The position numbers and the translations under genes were made by a program. From Spirochaetales bacterium (lineage in GTDB: Bacteria > Spirochaetota > Spirochaetia > JABEVK01), in the NCBI GenBank assembly GCA_037142615.1, contig JBAXAI010000027.1, forward strand, positions 1 to 49,798: a DNA stretch of 49,798 nt. The letters are read 5' to 3'. The notes under the pieces are model-generated. The model made no database searches, was not told the DNA's origin, and saw only the letters and a list, made by a program, of their open reading frames with translations. Below are positions 9,922 to 18,932 of the stretch, piece by piece. Position 1 is the stretch's first letter; each line of letters begins with the position of its first letter.

Positions 9922-12900
9922 CTAGTAGACTTCTGCAATGGCGGCGAGGGTGGCAGCATAATTGTTCATGTTGGTAAGGACGTCAAAGGAACTCGTGGTG
10001 TGCGTGCCATCGGAAAGTTTGTAAAGCTGCAGTTGATGGTGGTACATGGTGTTGAGGACACCATCGTTGTAGTCCACTACCGCGTAGGTTCCGCTGGGAT
10101 CGACCAATGGCTGAGAAGTGGCAAACTGCGAAACGGGTTTCGCGACAATGGTGAGGTCCGCCCCCGGTGCCGACCATTGGCCGGAACTACCCGAGGCTGT
10201 CATGTTGGTGTTGTAAGTTTTCACATACCAACTCATGCCGTTCAGGTAGACCAGGTAGGCTTTGTCGCCGGTCTTGTTGAACGTAATGCTCCTGACGTCG
10301 TCGTAAGTCGAAAATAGAAAGTCAGACACCAGGGCCCCGGTCGCTGAAAGATGATACTGCCACAGATAGTGCGTAGCACCCTGGAGTCCCCACAAGTAGA
10401 AAGCCGTGCCACTGGGGTTGAAGAACAATCCTGGCGCGGACACGGGGTAGCCACCCGGCGAGTTCACGATGGTGATCGCCCCTCCCGTGGGCGCGGGAAG
10501 GTAGACCGCCACAGAGTCGGTTCGCGAGATTCCCGTGGACGGCGATACCGCGTAGGCGCTGAGGTAGCCCGACCCGTAGCTGACGAGGTAACTGCTCGCT
10601 GGGTTGACTGCCAGGATGGTGGCAGCGAGGCCCGTCGCGTGCGAAGCGAGTTTCACGTAGGGTGAACCGGGAACAGTAAGGTACCAAGTCGGTGCCGCCA
10701 CGGTATACGCAGAAATGTTGTTGTTGGTGCCCGTGTTTGCCGTGAACATCATGGTTCCGTCGGGGCTGAGCACCAGGTGGTTCAAAACCTCTCCCAGAAC
10801 GGTCGTACCATTTTTGCTCCAAAGGGAAGCACCGGTGGTAAAGGCGTCGTAGCCCGTTGTGGTCGCTGAGTTCGGGGTCGACCAGTTGTACAACACTGAA
10901 CCCGTGGGGCTAAACAGCGGCATGACCGTGGAGGCCGGCAGGCTGAAATTAGCGCTTGTGTAGCTGCCCAGGAAGCCCAATGCCCCGCTCGAAGTATCGA
11001 TACTCCATTCGTGGAGGCCCATCGTTTGGGCCCCTGTTCCACTGGTGCCGACAGCCAGATACTTGCCGGTAGGGTCAGCGCGGAGCGACGTGTAGTAGGA
11101 GTAAGTGATGCCTGAGCCGCTTGTCGGCACGCCAGGGGGCGTTGTGGCGGTCAGCGCGCCAGTACCCAGGTCGACCTTGGCCGCATAAAGGCCCAGGCCG
11201 TCGGCAACTACGGCCACTTCGAACCTCGGAACTGCCTTGGTCGTCACGGTAATCAGCGAACTGAGGGTGCGCAACGATCCGTTGTGGCTCGCCACGCCAA
11301 CGTAGTAGGTCATGTTGGTCGTCAGGTTCGGGACGATTGCCGGGCTTGAACCGGTGGCTACCGGAGTTCCCGGCAAGTTTCCCGAACCAAAGGTGGCGGT
11401 GCTGTAATACACCTCGTAGTCGCTGGATCCCGAAACCGTGCCAAAGCTGACGGTCGCCGTTGTCGTTGTCGCGCTGGCTTTCACGTTCGTTGGCGCTGCC
11501 AGAGGCGACGCCGTGGAAAACTGCTGAACCGTGCTGAGCGGGCTCGTCGTCGGTGGGTTGGCTTGGTTATTCACCGCAAAGACGCCAACATAGTAGGCGG
11601 TACCCGATGTCAAGCCCGGAATTGTCAGTGAGGTGCTGGCCGTGACTATTGGACTCGGACTGCTTGGCAGTGTCCCCTCGGTAAACGAACTGGTGCTGTA
11701 GTACACCCGATACTGCGACACACCCGGGCCCAGCATGACGATGCTGATGTCGATGGAATTGGTCGAGTTCGGCTGAGAAAGACCCAGCATGGGGGCCGCA
11801 GGGATGGTCCACACCGTGACGGGCGTGCTGATGGGGCCGGTTCCGGCGGCGTTGACGCCCCGCACAATGAACGAGTACGAGGTTCCATCCGCGAGCCCCG
11901 AAATGACCGCCAGGTTGGGGGTGCCGTAGGTCCAAGACACATTCGCGCTCGGTGCCAACGTGTCGGCTGTGGTGGCCCCGTTTCCGCCGGCCACGTAGTA
12001 GATTTCGTAGCTGGTGGCCCCCGCTCCGGTGAACTTGAGCGTCACGGCCTGCGTGCCCGCCAAGGAAGGGTTCGCGCCGGCGCTCGTCGCGTTGACGATG
12101 GGCGCAGAGGGCAATTCCGCCACGGTTACCGTGTAGGTCTTGGTGGTCGAGTCGGCGGCAGTGACCGTGTAGGTCACCGGGTTGGTGAAGTTCTGGGCTA
12201 TGCCGGTTGCTGGGGAAATAGAAGCCCCCGAGATTGTGATCGAAGGCGTCAACGAGGTGCGGACAGTCCCGTAGGGCACACCCACGCTGACCGTTCCGGA
12301 GGTCGCTGAGGAATCGGCGATGGTGCCGGTTACACTCGGAGCACTGAAGGTGAAACCCGTGATGTCATTGGCGGAGGCCGTCGCTTTGGTCACCGTCACC
12401 GTGTAGGTTCGGGTCGTCCCGTCTTCAGCGGTGATTACATAGGTGACCGGCAGGCTGAAGTCGCGGGCCACGCCACTGGCAGGCGCCACCGACGCTCCGT
12501 TGATGCTGAAGGTGGGCACAAGCCCATTCAGGGTTGTCGTTGAGTAAGGAACGGTGATCGCAATGGTACCAGCCGTGGAATCGATGATTCCCGTTGCCGC
12601 TGGCGACGAAAAGGCGAACGTCAGGATTTCCTTGGCCGACGACGGAGCGATGCTCACGGTGTAGTCCTTGGTCGTTCCGTCGGTTGCAGTCACGGTATAG
12701 GTGGCGGGCTTGGTGAAATCGTGTGCTACGCCGCTGGCTGGGCTGACCGTGTCGCCGTCGAACACGATGGTGGGAACCAAGGCGGTCAGGTCTGTCCCGT
12801 AGGGGACGGCGACCGAGATGGCACCGCTGGCCTGTTCGATGGTGCCCCCGGACGCCCCCGACACGGCAGAAAAGGTGAACGCCGTGATCTTCTTGGTCCC

Positions 12901-13020
12901 GTTGGCATTGGCCGGCGAATGTTTGTCGGTGGGACTGTCCATCGGCACCAGCATATTGATGTCGCAGGCAGACACGCCAAGGAGCGCTGTCAAGGCAAGC
13001 AGGAGGGGAAACCGGCGCAT
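9922..13020 (-). CDS. Surface lipoprotein: three DUF5018-like domains, three fibronectin-III-like domains, beta-propeller
   Basis: Lipobox VSAC; three Ig repeats; Y.(I/V)YY...GL..GT.Y...V..VN FN3 motifs; propeller similar to 1944-3869. Confidence 0.85.
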   Translation of the reverse strand: MRRFPLLLALTALLGVSACDINMLVPMDSPTDKHSPANANGTKKITAFTFSAVSGASGGTIEQASGAISVAVPYGTDLTALVPTIVFDGDTVSPASGVAHDFTKPATYTVTATDGTTKDYTVSIAPSSAKEILTFAFSSPAATGIIDSTAGTIAITVPYSTTTLNGLVPTFSINGASVAPASGVARDFSLPVTYVITAEDGTTRTYTVTVTKATASANDITGFTFSAPSVTGTIADSSATSGTVSVGVPYGTVRTSLTPSITISGASISPATGIAQNFTNPVTYTVTAADSTTKTYTVTVAELPSAPIVNATSAGANPSLAGTQAVTLKFTGAGATSYEIYYVAGGNGATTADTLAPSANVSWTYGTPNLAVISGLADGTSYSFIVRGVNAAGTGPISTPVTVWTIPAAPMLGLSQPNSTNSIDISIVMLGPGVSQYRVYYSTSSFTEGTLPSSPSPIVTASTSLTIPGLTSGTAYYVGVFAVNNQANPPTTSPLSTVQQFSTASPLAAPTNVKASATTTTATVSFGTVSGSSDYEVYYSTATFGSGNLPGTPVATGSSPAIVPNLTTNMTYYVGVASHNGSLRTLSSLITVTTKAVPRFEVAVVADGLGLYAAKVDLGTGALTATTPPGVPTSGSGITYSYYTSLRADPTGKYLAVGTSGTGAQTMGLHEWSIDTSSGALGFLGSYTSANFSLPASTVMPLFSPTGSVLYNWSTPNSATTTGYDAFTTGASLWSKNGTTVLGEVLNHLVLSPDGTMMFTANTGTNNNISAYTVAAPTWYLTVPGSPYVKLASHATGLAATILAVNPASSYLVSYGSGYLSAYAVSPSTGISRTDSVAVYLPAPTGGAITIVNSPGGYPVSAPGLFFNPSGTAFYLWGLQGATHYLWQYHLSATGALVSDFLFSTYDDVRSITFNKTGDKAYLVYLNGMSWYVKTYNTNMTASGSSGQWSAPGADLTIVAKPVSQFATSQPLVDPSGTYAVVDYNDGVLNTMYHHQLQLYKLSDGTHTTSSFDVLTNMNNYAATLAAIAEVY

Positions 13021-14190
13021 CAGGGAGTCTCCAGCTTGCTGAGGGTCTTGTCGATGTCGGCGATTTGGCGGTCGTAGCCCGATACATCCGGGCTCAGCAC
13101 CATGCCCACAGCCGCGAGAAGCAAGCCAACTCCCGCCGTGATTCCGCCTCCGTTGAGCAGAGTATTGTAGAACGGGATTTTGGCCCTCACGGCGTCGAAA
13201 CCCGCCTGGCTCGAGGCGGCATTGGCGGCCGCGTACGACGTGGTGGCATCAAAGACGGCGTAGCCAGCCAACGCGGCACCGGCAGCGGTAGTGGCCCACC
13301 CGGCCAGGCTGACCGGAGCAGTCCATTCGGTGCCCTGCTTGGCGGTTTGCCGAACCTTGACCAAGGTAGACTTTTGAAGCGTCAGTGATGCCCGAAGGTC
13401 GGTGCCAGCAGAAGGAAGAGGGTTCGCCGTCCCCACCGGAGCCTGAGTCAGCGACGGCGGTTCCGGGGAGGGCTTGCGCATCGAAACCGGCACCAGGTAG
13501 AAGTCGTCGCTCAGGCTCATGCTGTTGTAAGGGCTCTGTTTGCCGCCGGTGGCGGTTTTTACGTCTTTGGTCACCTTGGTGACGATGTCTTGCAGCTTGA
13601 GGTCGCTCTTGATGTACTTGAGCAGGGCTTGGGTGAACACGCCGTTGCGGCCCGAGCCATCCGAGGCCGTGTCGCCGGGCGCGGTGCTGAACAGCACGGC
13701 CGAACCCTCGATGTTGGGGCTCTTGTTCACAATGCTCAGGCCCCGGGTTCCGCCGAGCGAGCGGGAGTTCTTCTTGTTGAAGGGGTTGTCGCGGCAGGCG
13801 TCGAGGATGACGATGTCGACGCCGGCTTTGGCGTCTTCGAAGGCTTGGGTGACCGTTTGCAGCGCCAGGGCATCGTGGATCACGTCGTCGGGGGTCTCGA
13901 AGGTTTCTTTGATCGGGATGAGGTAGTTCTGGCCGTTGATCTGCACCCCGTGACCGGCGTAGAAGAACAATACGGTGGGGTTTTCGGCCGCCGTCGATGA
14001 GCTTGGTCACCTTCCAGCCGATCGAGGTGAGCGCGGCGGCCATGTCGTTGGCGTCGTTGGCCGCGTTGGCCAAGGCCGCCTCGCCATCGTAGGCGGCGTT
14101 GCCGATCACCAGCGCGTAGCGGGCGTCGCTTTCGGCAAACACGAAGGCACTGATCGCGAACAGGCAGGCGGACAGGAAGAATCGGCGCAT
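13020..14190 (-). pseudogene. Caspase-like protein copy 4, frameshifted by an ~53-nt deletion near 13988
   Basis: N-terminus (signal peptide to KLIDG) is in one frame, AENPTVLFFYAGHG...DACR and the C-terminus in another; the 18 codons present in the paralogs are replaced by 1 nt. Confidence 0.85.
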
Positions 14191-14206
14191 AGGAACCCCC
14201 GAATAC

Positions 14207-14239
14207 CTGAATTATCCGGTTATCTATTCAGGGGGTCAA
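14207..14239 (-). promoter_or_regulatory. Conserved promoter of unit 4
   Basis: TTGACC-N17-GATAAT-TCAG. Confidence 0.75.
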
Positions 14240-14345
14240 GAAACTGTTAACGGACGTTCACCCTCCCGCTGTGGCTTTTGGCCGCCTATGCACCTTTTCT
14301 GTACCTTGGAATACCTTGGGGAGGCCTTTGGCCTCCGGGCTGGCT

Positions 14346-14987
14346 TCAGCCGCTCGGGCAAAGCTTGTGAACCGGGCAGTCGCCACAGCGGGGGTTGCGG
14401 GCATGGCAGTAGGCGCGGCCGTGGCGGTTGGCCGACATCGAGAAGGGGTATTGCTGGGGCTCGGGGATCCAGGCCAGCAGGTCGCGCTCGATTTTGAGAG
14501 GGTCGGTTTCTTCGGTAAAGCCCAGGCGGCGGGTGACGCGCTTGAAGTGGGTGTCGACGATGACGGCCGGCAGCCCGCCAATCTGACCCCGCACCACGTT
14601 GGCTGTCTTTCGGCCCACTCCGGGAAGGGAGGTCAGTTGGTCCATGCCGAGCGGGACCTCGTCGGCGTATTGGTCGTGAAGGATCCTCGCCGTCCCGATG
14701 AGGTGCGCGGCCTTTTCGCGGTAGAAGCCGGTGGAGTAGACGATCTTCTCGACCACGGCGAGCGGCGCGTTGGCGAGCGCCTCGGGGGTAGGGAAGGCCC
14801 GGAACAGCACCGGCGTCACCTCGTTCACCTTCGCGTCGGTGCATTGCGCCGACAGGATGACCGCGATGAGCAGTTCGAACGAGCTGGCAAAGGTCAGCAT
14901 CGGCGTGGTGTCGGGGTGCAGCCTGTTGAGTTTTTCGATCAGAGACAGGCGCAAAGGGGTTGCTTGACGGTCGGAATCTGTGGTCAT
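14346..14987 (-). CDS. nth: Endonuclease III
   Basis: ILSAQCTD, HhH motif LPGVGRKTANVV, VDTH, C-x6-C-x2-C-x5-C [4Fe-4S] motif. Confidence 0.95.
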   Translation of the reverse strand: MTTDSDRQATPLRLSLIEKLNRLHPDTTPMLTFASSFELLIAVILSAQCTDAKVNEVTPVLFRAFPTPEALANAPLAVVEKIVYSTGFYREKAAHLIGTARILHDQYADEVPLGMDQLTSLPGVGRKTANVVRGQIGGLPAVIVDTHFKRVTRRLGFTEETDPLKIERDLLAWIPEPQQYPFSMSANRHGRAYCHARNPRCGDCPVHKLCPSG

Positions 14988-15093
14988 ATAGTGCTTCTTG
15001 AACGGGATGTCGGATAGCGGTCTATTCCGCTTGGTTTGGGACCAAGAGTTCGTGAGTTCGAATCTCACCATCCCGATTTTCTTTCATTCTAGC

Positions 15094-15167
15094 GGGATCA
15101 TAGCTCAGTTGGATAGAGCAACAGCCTTCTAAGCTGTAGGTCGCTGGTTCGAGCCCAGCTGGTCTCA
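15094..15167 (+). tRNA. tRNA-Arg(TCT)
   Basis: Acceptor stem GGGATCA/TGGTCTC, D-arm, anticodon arm ACAGC-CTTCTAA-GCTGT, T-loop GGTTCGAGCCC; CCA not encoded. Confidence 0.95.
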
Positions 15168-15374
15168 GTCACCTCTGTAGCAGGAAGTCGAGCAGGTACA
15201 CGTGGCGGATGCCTCCCCTGTTGATAGACTGAATCCCTCGCCTTCCGATCTCTTCTCGGGCTACAGCACCTTTCCTGTCACTCTGCCCTTGACCGACTCG
15301 CAAACACCCACAATGATGAAGTAACTGCCGGTCCTGTGGTTGACCGGCCAATCTCGAAAACTCAGGGGACGACG

Positions 15375-15560
15375 ATGGCAGAAAAAGAGAACTTGGTAAT
15401 TACTTCGAAGGTGAAGGCCTACATCAAAGAGGCTTCGGAACTGAAATGTTCGGCGGCCGTGATCGACGTGCTGTCCGACAAGGTGCGCGAACTGTGCGAC
15501 GCCGCCATCAAGAGCGCCAAGGCGGACTCCCGCAAGACGCTGCTCGAAAAAGACTTCTAG
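15375..15560 (+). CDS. Bacterial histone-fold protein (Bd0055/HBb-like singlet), 61 aa
   Basis: LVITSKVKAYIKE...SAAVIDVLSDKVRELC..AIKSAKADSRKTLLEKDF, including the RKT..xxD histone-fold clamp. Confidence 0.88.
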   Translation: MAEKENLVITSKVKAYIKEASELKCSAAVIDVLSDKVRELCDAAIKSAKADSRKTLLEKDF

Positions 15561-15661
15561 TTTTGTTAACGGCCTTCGACATCCGCTCGTACAGGGGCTG
15601 GAAGGAGAAGGCCGTCGCGATCAGGTTGTTGGCCCAGGCACCCTCAAGCGAGGCCCGTGCC

Positions 15662-16018
15662 CTACTCGGCGGCCAGCGTCTCCAGGGTCTGGGTGAGCAG
15701 TTCGACCCGGATAGGCTTAAACAGAAAGTGCACCGCTCCGAGCTCCTTGGCCTTTTCGAGTATCTCGCTCTCGTTGTGCGCCGACAGCACCACCACAGGC
15801 GCGGAGTTACCCCGGGCCTTCAACTCGCGGATGAGCGACAAACCGTCCATCCGGGGCATGTTGAGGTCGGTAATGATGACCTCGGCGGCAAAACCCTCTA
15901 GAAGCTCAAGGGCCTCCTGACCGTCGCGGGCTTGCACCACCGTGGCATGAAAGCGCGACAGGATCTTGGCCAGAATACGACGGTTGATTTCTTCGTCTTC
16001 CACCAGCAGGATGTTCAT
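15662..16018 (-). CDS. Single-domain response regulator (CheY-like)
   Basis: LLVEDE, TDLNMPRMDG, LSA, FKP. Confidence 0.92.
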   Translation of the reverse strand: MNILLVEDEEINRRILAKILSRFHATVVQARDGQEALELLEGFAAEVIITDLNMPRMDGLSLIRELKARGNSAPVVVLSAHNESEILEKAKELGAVHFLFKPIRVELLTQTLETLAAE

Positions 16019-16080
16019 ATCTCCAATCTAGCAATGGTCATTCCCTTCTGCAAGGCTTATCATGGTGTCGGGGGTATTCT

Positions 16081-17031
16081 GTGAAGAAGGTTATTGCCTG
16101 TCTGTGTGTCGTTTTTCTTTTTGCCGGGTGCACCGAGTCCAGCACGCCTGCCGTCAAGGCCGTGGTGCCCGACAAGCCCGTGATCGCCCTGGTGATCAAG
16201 ACGCTGACCAACCCGTTTTTCATCGCCATGGAGACGGGAGCCCGGCGCGCCGAAACCGAGCTCGGCTTTGTGCTCAAGGTAAAGTCCGGCGCCCAGGAAA
16301 CCTCCATTGACCAGCAGATCGCCATCATCGAAGATCTCGTGGCCGAAAAGGTGGCTGCCATTGTGATCGCCCCCGGCAGTTCCACTGAACTCATTCCTGC
16401 GTTGAAGAAGGCCCAGGACGCAGGCATCAAACTGGTCAACATCGACAACCAGCTTGACCCCGAGGCGTCCAAGGCGGCTGGGCTCGTCGGAGTGCCTTTT
16501 GTCAGCGTCGACAACGTGCAGGGCGGGTACTTGGCCGCCAAGTTTTTGGCCGATCGCGTCAAGGCGCCAGCCCAGGCCGGCATCCTCGAAGGCATCCGCG
16601 AGGCCGCCAACGCCAACCAGCGCAAGGCCGGGGCGGTAAAGGCCTTTGCCGAAAACCCGAACATCTCGCTGGTGGCCAGCGAAACCGCCAACTGGAAGAT
16701 CGACGAGGGCTACGAGGTGGCCAAGGCCATGTTCAAGGCCCACCCCCGCATCACGGTTTTGTTCGCCGCCAACGACATGATGGCTCTCGGGGCACTGCAG
16801 TTCCTGAAAGAAGCAGGCCTGTCGCAGGTGCAGGTGGCCGGGTACGACGCCCTCGACGAGGCGCGAAAGGCCCTGGCCCTAGGCACCTTGGTGGCCACGG
16901 TAGACCAGCAGGCTGATCAGCAAGGGTACATCGGTGCCGTGACGGCGACCAAGTTGCTGCGCGGCGAGCCCACCGAGCCTTTGGTAACCGTCGACGTCCG
17001 GCTCATCACGAAGGCGACTGCGGGAAACTGA
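16081..17031 (+). CDS. RbsB-like sugar-binding lipoprotein
   Basis: Lipobox FAGC; TLTNPFF, DNVQGG, AANDMMALG, GYD motifs. Confidence 0.9.
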   Translation: MKKVIACLCVVFLFAGCTESSTPAVKAVVPDKPVIALVIKTLTNPFFIAMETGARRAETELGFVLKVKSGAQETSIDQQIAIIEDLVAEKVAAIVIAPGSSTELIPALKKAQDAGIKLVNIDNQLDPEASKAAGLVGVPFVSVDNVQGGYLAAKFLADRVKAPAQAGILEGIREAANANQRKAGAVKAFAENPNISLVASETANWKIDEGYEVAKAMFKAHPRITVLFAANDMMALGALQFLKEAGLSQVQVAGYDALDEARKALALGTLVATVDQQADQQGYIGAVTATKLLRGEPTEPLVTVDVRLITKATAGN

Positions 17032-18917
17032 TGAAGTTCCGTGGCCTGCAAGCCAAGCTCACGCTGATGACCTTGCTGCTCAGCGTTGTTCCCCTCTTGC
17101 TTTTGGGCGTCATTGCGTTCGGAGTGTCGCAGAACGTCCTCAAGACGGTGAACGATCGTCAGGTGGCCATCATTCTGGAGCAGGAACGCCGGTTTATCCG
17201 CACCGTGATGGGCGAGGTCGAAAGTCTTCTGGCCAATATTTCGGGCCAAGACGCCCTGAAGCAGTTCCTCAACCGACCCCTGGGCACCATGAGCGACTTC
17301 GACCGGCTGTCCACCCAGGCCCGGATTGGCTACATCCTGTCGGGTTACATCAATCTCAAGGGGTTGGTCTCGCTCGATGTGTTTGCCCCCGGTGGTGAGA
17401 CTTTTCACGTGGGGGACACGCTCGAGCAGACGCAGACGCGCACGCAGCTGGTGAGTGAACTGCTGACTCAAGCGGAGGCGGCCCCGACGGCGGTGTTCTG
17501 GAGCGGATTGGAAGACAATATTCATTCGAGTTCGGCCTTCAAGAAGGTTGTCACGGCCGTGAAGCGCCTGCCGACCAAGATCGGCAACACCGCCGGCGAA
17601 AGCCTGCTGGTCGTCAGCTACGACCCTGCGGTTCTCAACCAGACCAACCGCGTCGGCACCCGGGACTTCTCGATCATCCTCGACGGAAAGCGCCGCCTGG
17701 TATCGCACCCCGACGAAGCGCTGCTGGGGCAGATTGTCCCCGCCGACATTTTGGAGCACGTGGTGGCAGGGCATTCCGAGTTCGTGTACCAGAATCAGGC
17801 CGGAACCTTTGATGTCGTTACGCTCCCGATTCAAGGAACCGAGTGGCTGCTGCTGCACTTTTCGTCGCAGGACACGCTCAGCGGTGCCAGTTGGGCCATT
17901 GCCGGCGGCATGTTGGCCGCGTTGCTTTTGGCCTTGGTTGCTGTTTTTTATCTGCGCCGGGTGATCTCGGTGCAGATTGTGCGACCCATCGGTCAAATCT
18001 CGGCAGGCTTTCAGGCCCTTCAGGCCGACGGCACGGCCGAGCCGCCGCGCTTGGCCACGACGAGCCGAGACGAGATCGGCACGCTGATCTCTTGGTACAA
18101 CGTCTTTTTGGACAGTCAGACCGAGCTGAAGGAACTCAACCGGACGCTTGAGCACCGCATCGAAACCGAGGTTGCCACCAGCCGCGAAAAGGACAGCCTG
18201 ATTATTCAGCAAGGTCGGCAAGCCTCAATGGGCGAGATGATCGGCAACATTGCCCACCAGTGGCGACAGCCCCTCAACACAACGGCCCTGCTGGTGCAAG
18301 AAATGCAGCTCGACTTTGACGACGGCAAGCTCGACAAGGCCACCATGGACGACTTTTCCAGCCGGCTCCTAACGGTGATCGAGGCGATGTCGTCGACCAT
18401 CGACGACTTCCGCGACTTTTTCAAACCCAACCGGGAAAAGGTTCTTTTTTCGGTGGAACACGCGGTGGAGACGGCGCTCTCGTTCGTCGGACCCGCGTTC
18501 AAGGAAAGTTCGATCGATCTGGTGCTCACGAAAGACAACCCTGGGCAGTTGCAGGGCTACCCCAACGAACTTTCTCAGGTTCTGCTGAACATCCTCAACA
18601 ACGCCAAGGACGCCGTAGCGCAGGCCCAACCCTCCCGGCGCGTCGTGCGGGTTTGCCTCAGCGCGGAGCCAGGCCAGCAGATCATCACCATTTCCGACTC
18701 GGGCGGCGGGATCCCTGCAAAAGTCCTACCCAAGATTTTTGATCCCTACTTCACGACAAAGGCGCCGGGTCAGGGCACAGGCATCGGCCTTTTCATGTCG
18801 CGCACCATCGTGGAGCGCAACATGGGCGGGCGCCTGCTGGTGAGCAACATCACCCTGGACGACCAAACCGCGGGGGCCGAGTTCCGGCTGGAGCTTCCCT
18901 CCCACGAAGCGACCTAG
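17031..18917 (+). CDS. Membrane sensor histidine kinase (Cache-like/HAMP/HisKA/HATPase)
   Basis: Two TM segments; HAMP (DEIG); H-box IAHQWRQPL; N, G1, F and G2 boxes. Confidence 0.92.
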   Translation: MKFRGLQAKLTLMTLLLSVVPLLLLGVIAFGVSQNVLKTVNDRQVAIILEQERRFIRTVMGEVESLLANISGQDALKQFLNRPLGTMSDFDRLSTQARIGYILSGYINLKGLVSLDVFAPGGETFHVGDTLEQTQTRTQLVSELLTQAEAAPTAVFWSGLEDNIHSSSAFKKVVTAVKRLPTKIGNTAGESLLVVSYDPAVLNQTNRVGTRDFSIILDGKRRLVSHPDEALLGQIVPADILEHVVAGHSEFVYQNQAGTFDVVTLPIQGTEWLLLHFSSQDTLSGASWAIAGGMLAALLLALVAVFYLRRVISVQIVRPIGQISAGFQALQADGTAEPPRLATTSRDEIGTLISWYNVFLDSQTELKELNRTLEHRIETEVATSREKDSLIIQQGRQASMGEMIGNIAHQWRQPLNTTALLVQEMQLDFDDGKLDKATMDDFSSRLLTVIEAMSSTIDDFRDFFKPNREKVLFSVEHAVETALSFVGPAFKESSIDLVLTKDNPGQLQGYPNELSQVLLNILNNAKDAVAQAQPSRRVVRVCLSAEPGQQIITISDSGGGIPAKVLPKIFDPYFTTKAPGQGTGIGLFMSRTIVERNMGGRLLVSNITLDDQTAGAEFRLELPSHEAT

Positions 18918-18932
18918 TCAAAAAAAATGTGA

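Noticed and set aside
5186-13020. CRISPR array or diversity-generating retroelement
   Set aside because: The repeats are degenerate in-frame protein domains; no cas or reverse transcriptase genes are present.
13249-14190. Programmed frameshift, or a real 313-aa protein, for caspase copy 4
   Set aside because: About 18 conserved codons are physically missing, so a deletion explains it; the downstream frame is Arg/Pro-rich junk.
14300-14340. Hairpin GGAGGCC-TTT-GGCCTCC and short direct repeat downstream of nth
   Set aside because: No U-tract and too short to assign a function.
15094-15350. Integrative element at tRNA-Arg
   Set aside because: No integrase, and no duplicated tRNA 3' end seen in the window.
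15169-15351. 60-aa minus-strand ORF
   Set aside because: No recognisable motif or SD; it overlaps the probable histone promoter.
15557-15661. Short open stretch on the minus strand after the receiver's stop
   Set aside because: No start codon and no identifiable homology; at most a gene remnant.
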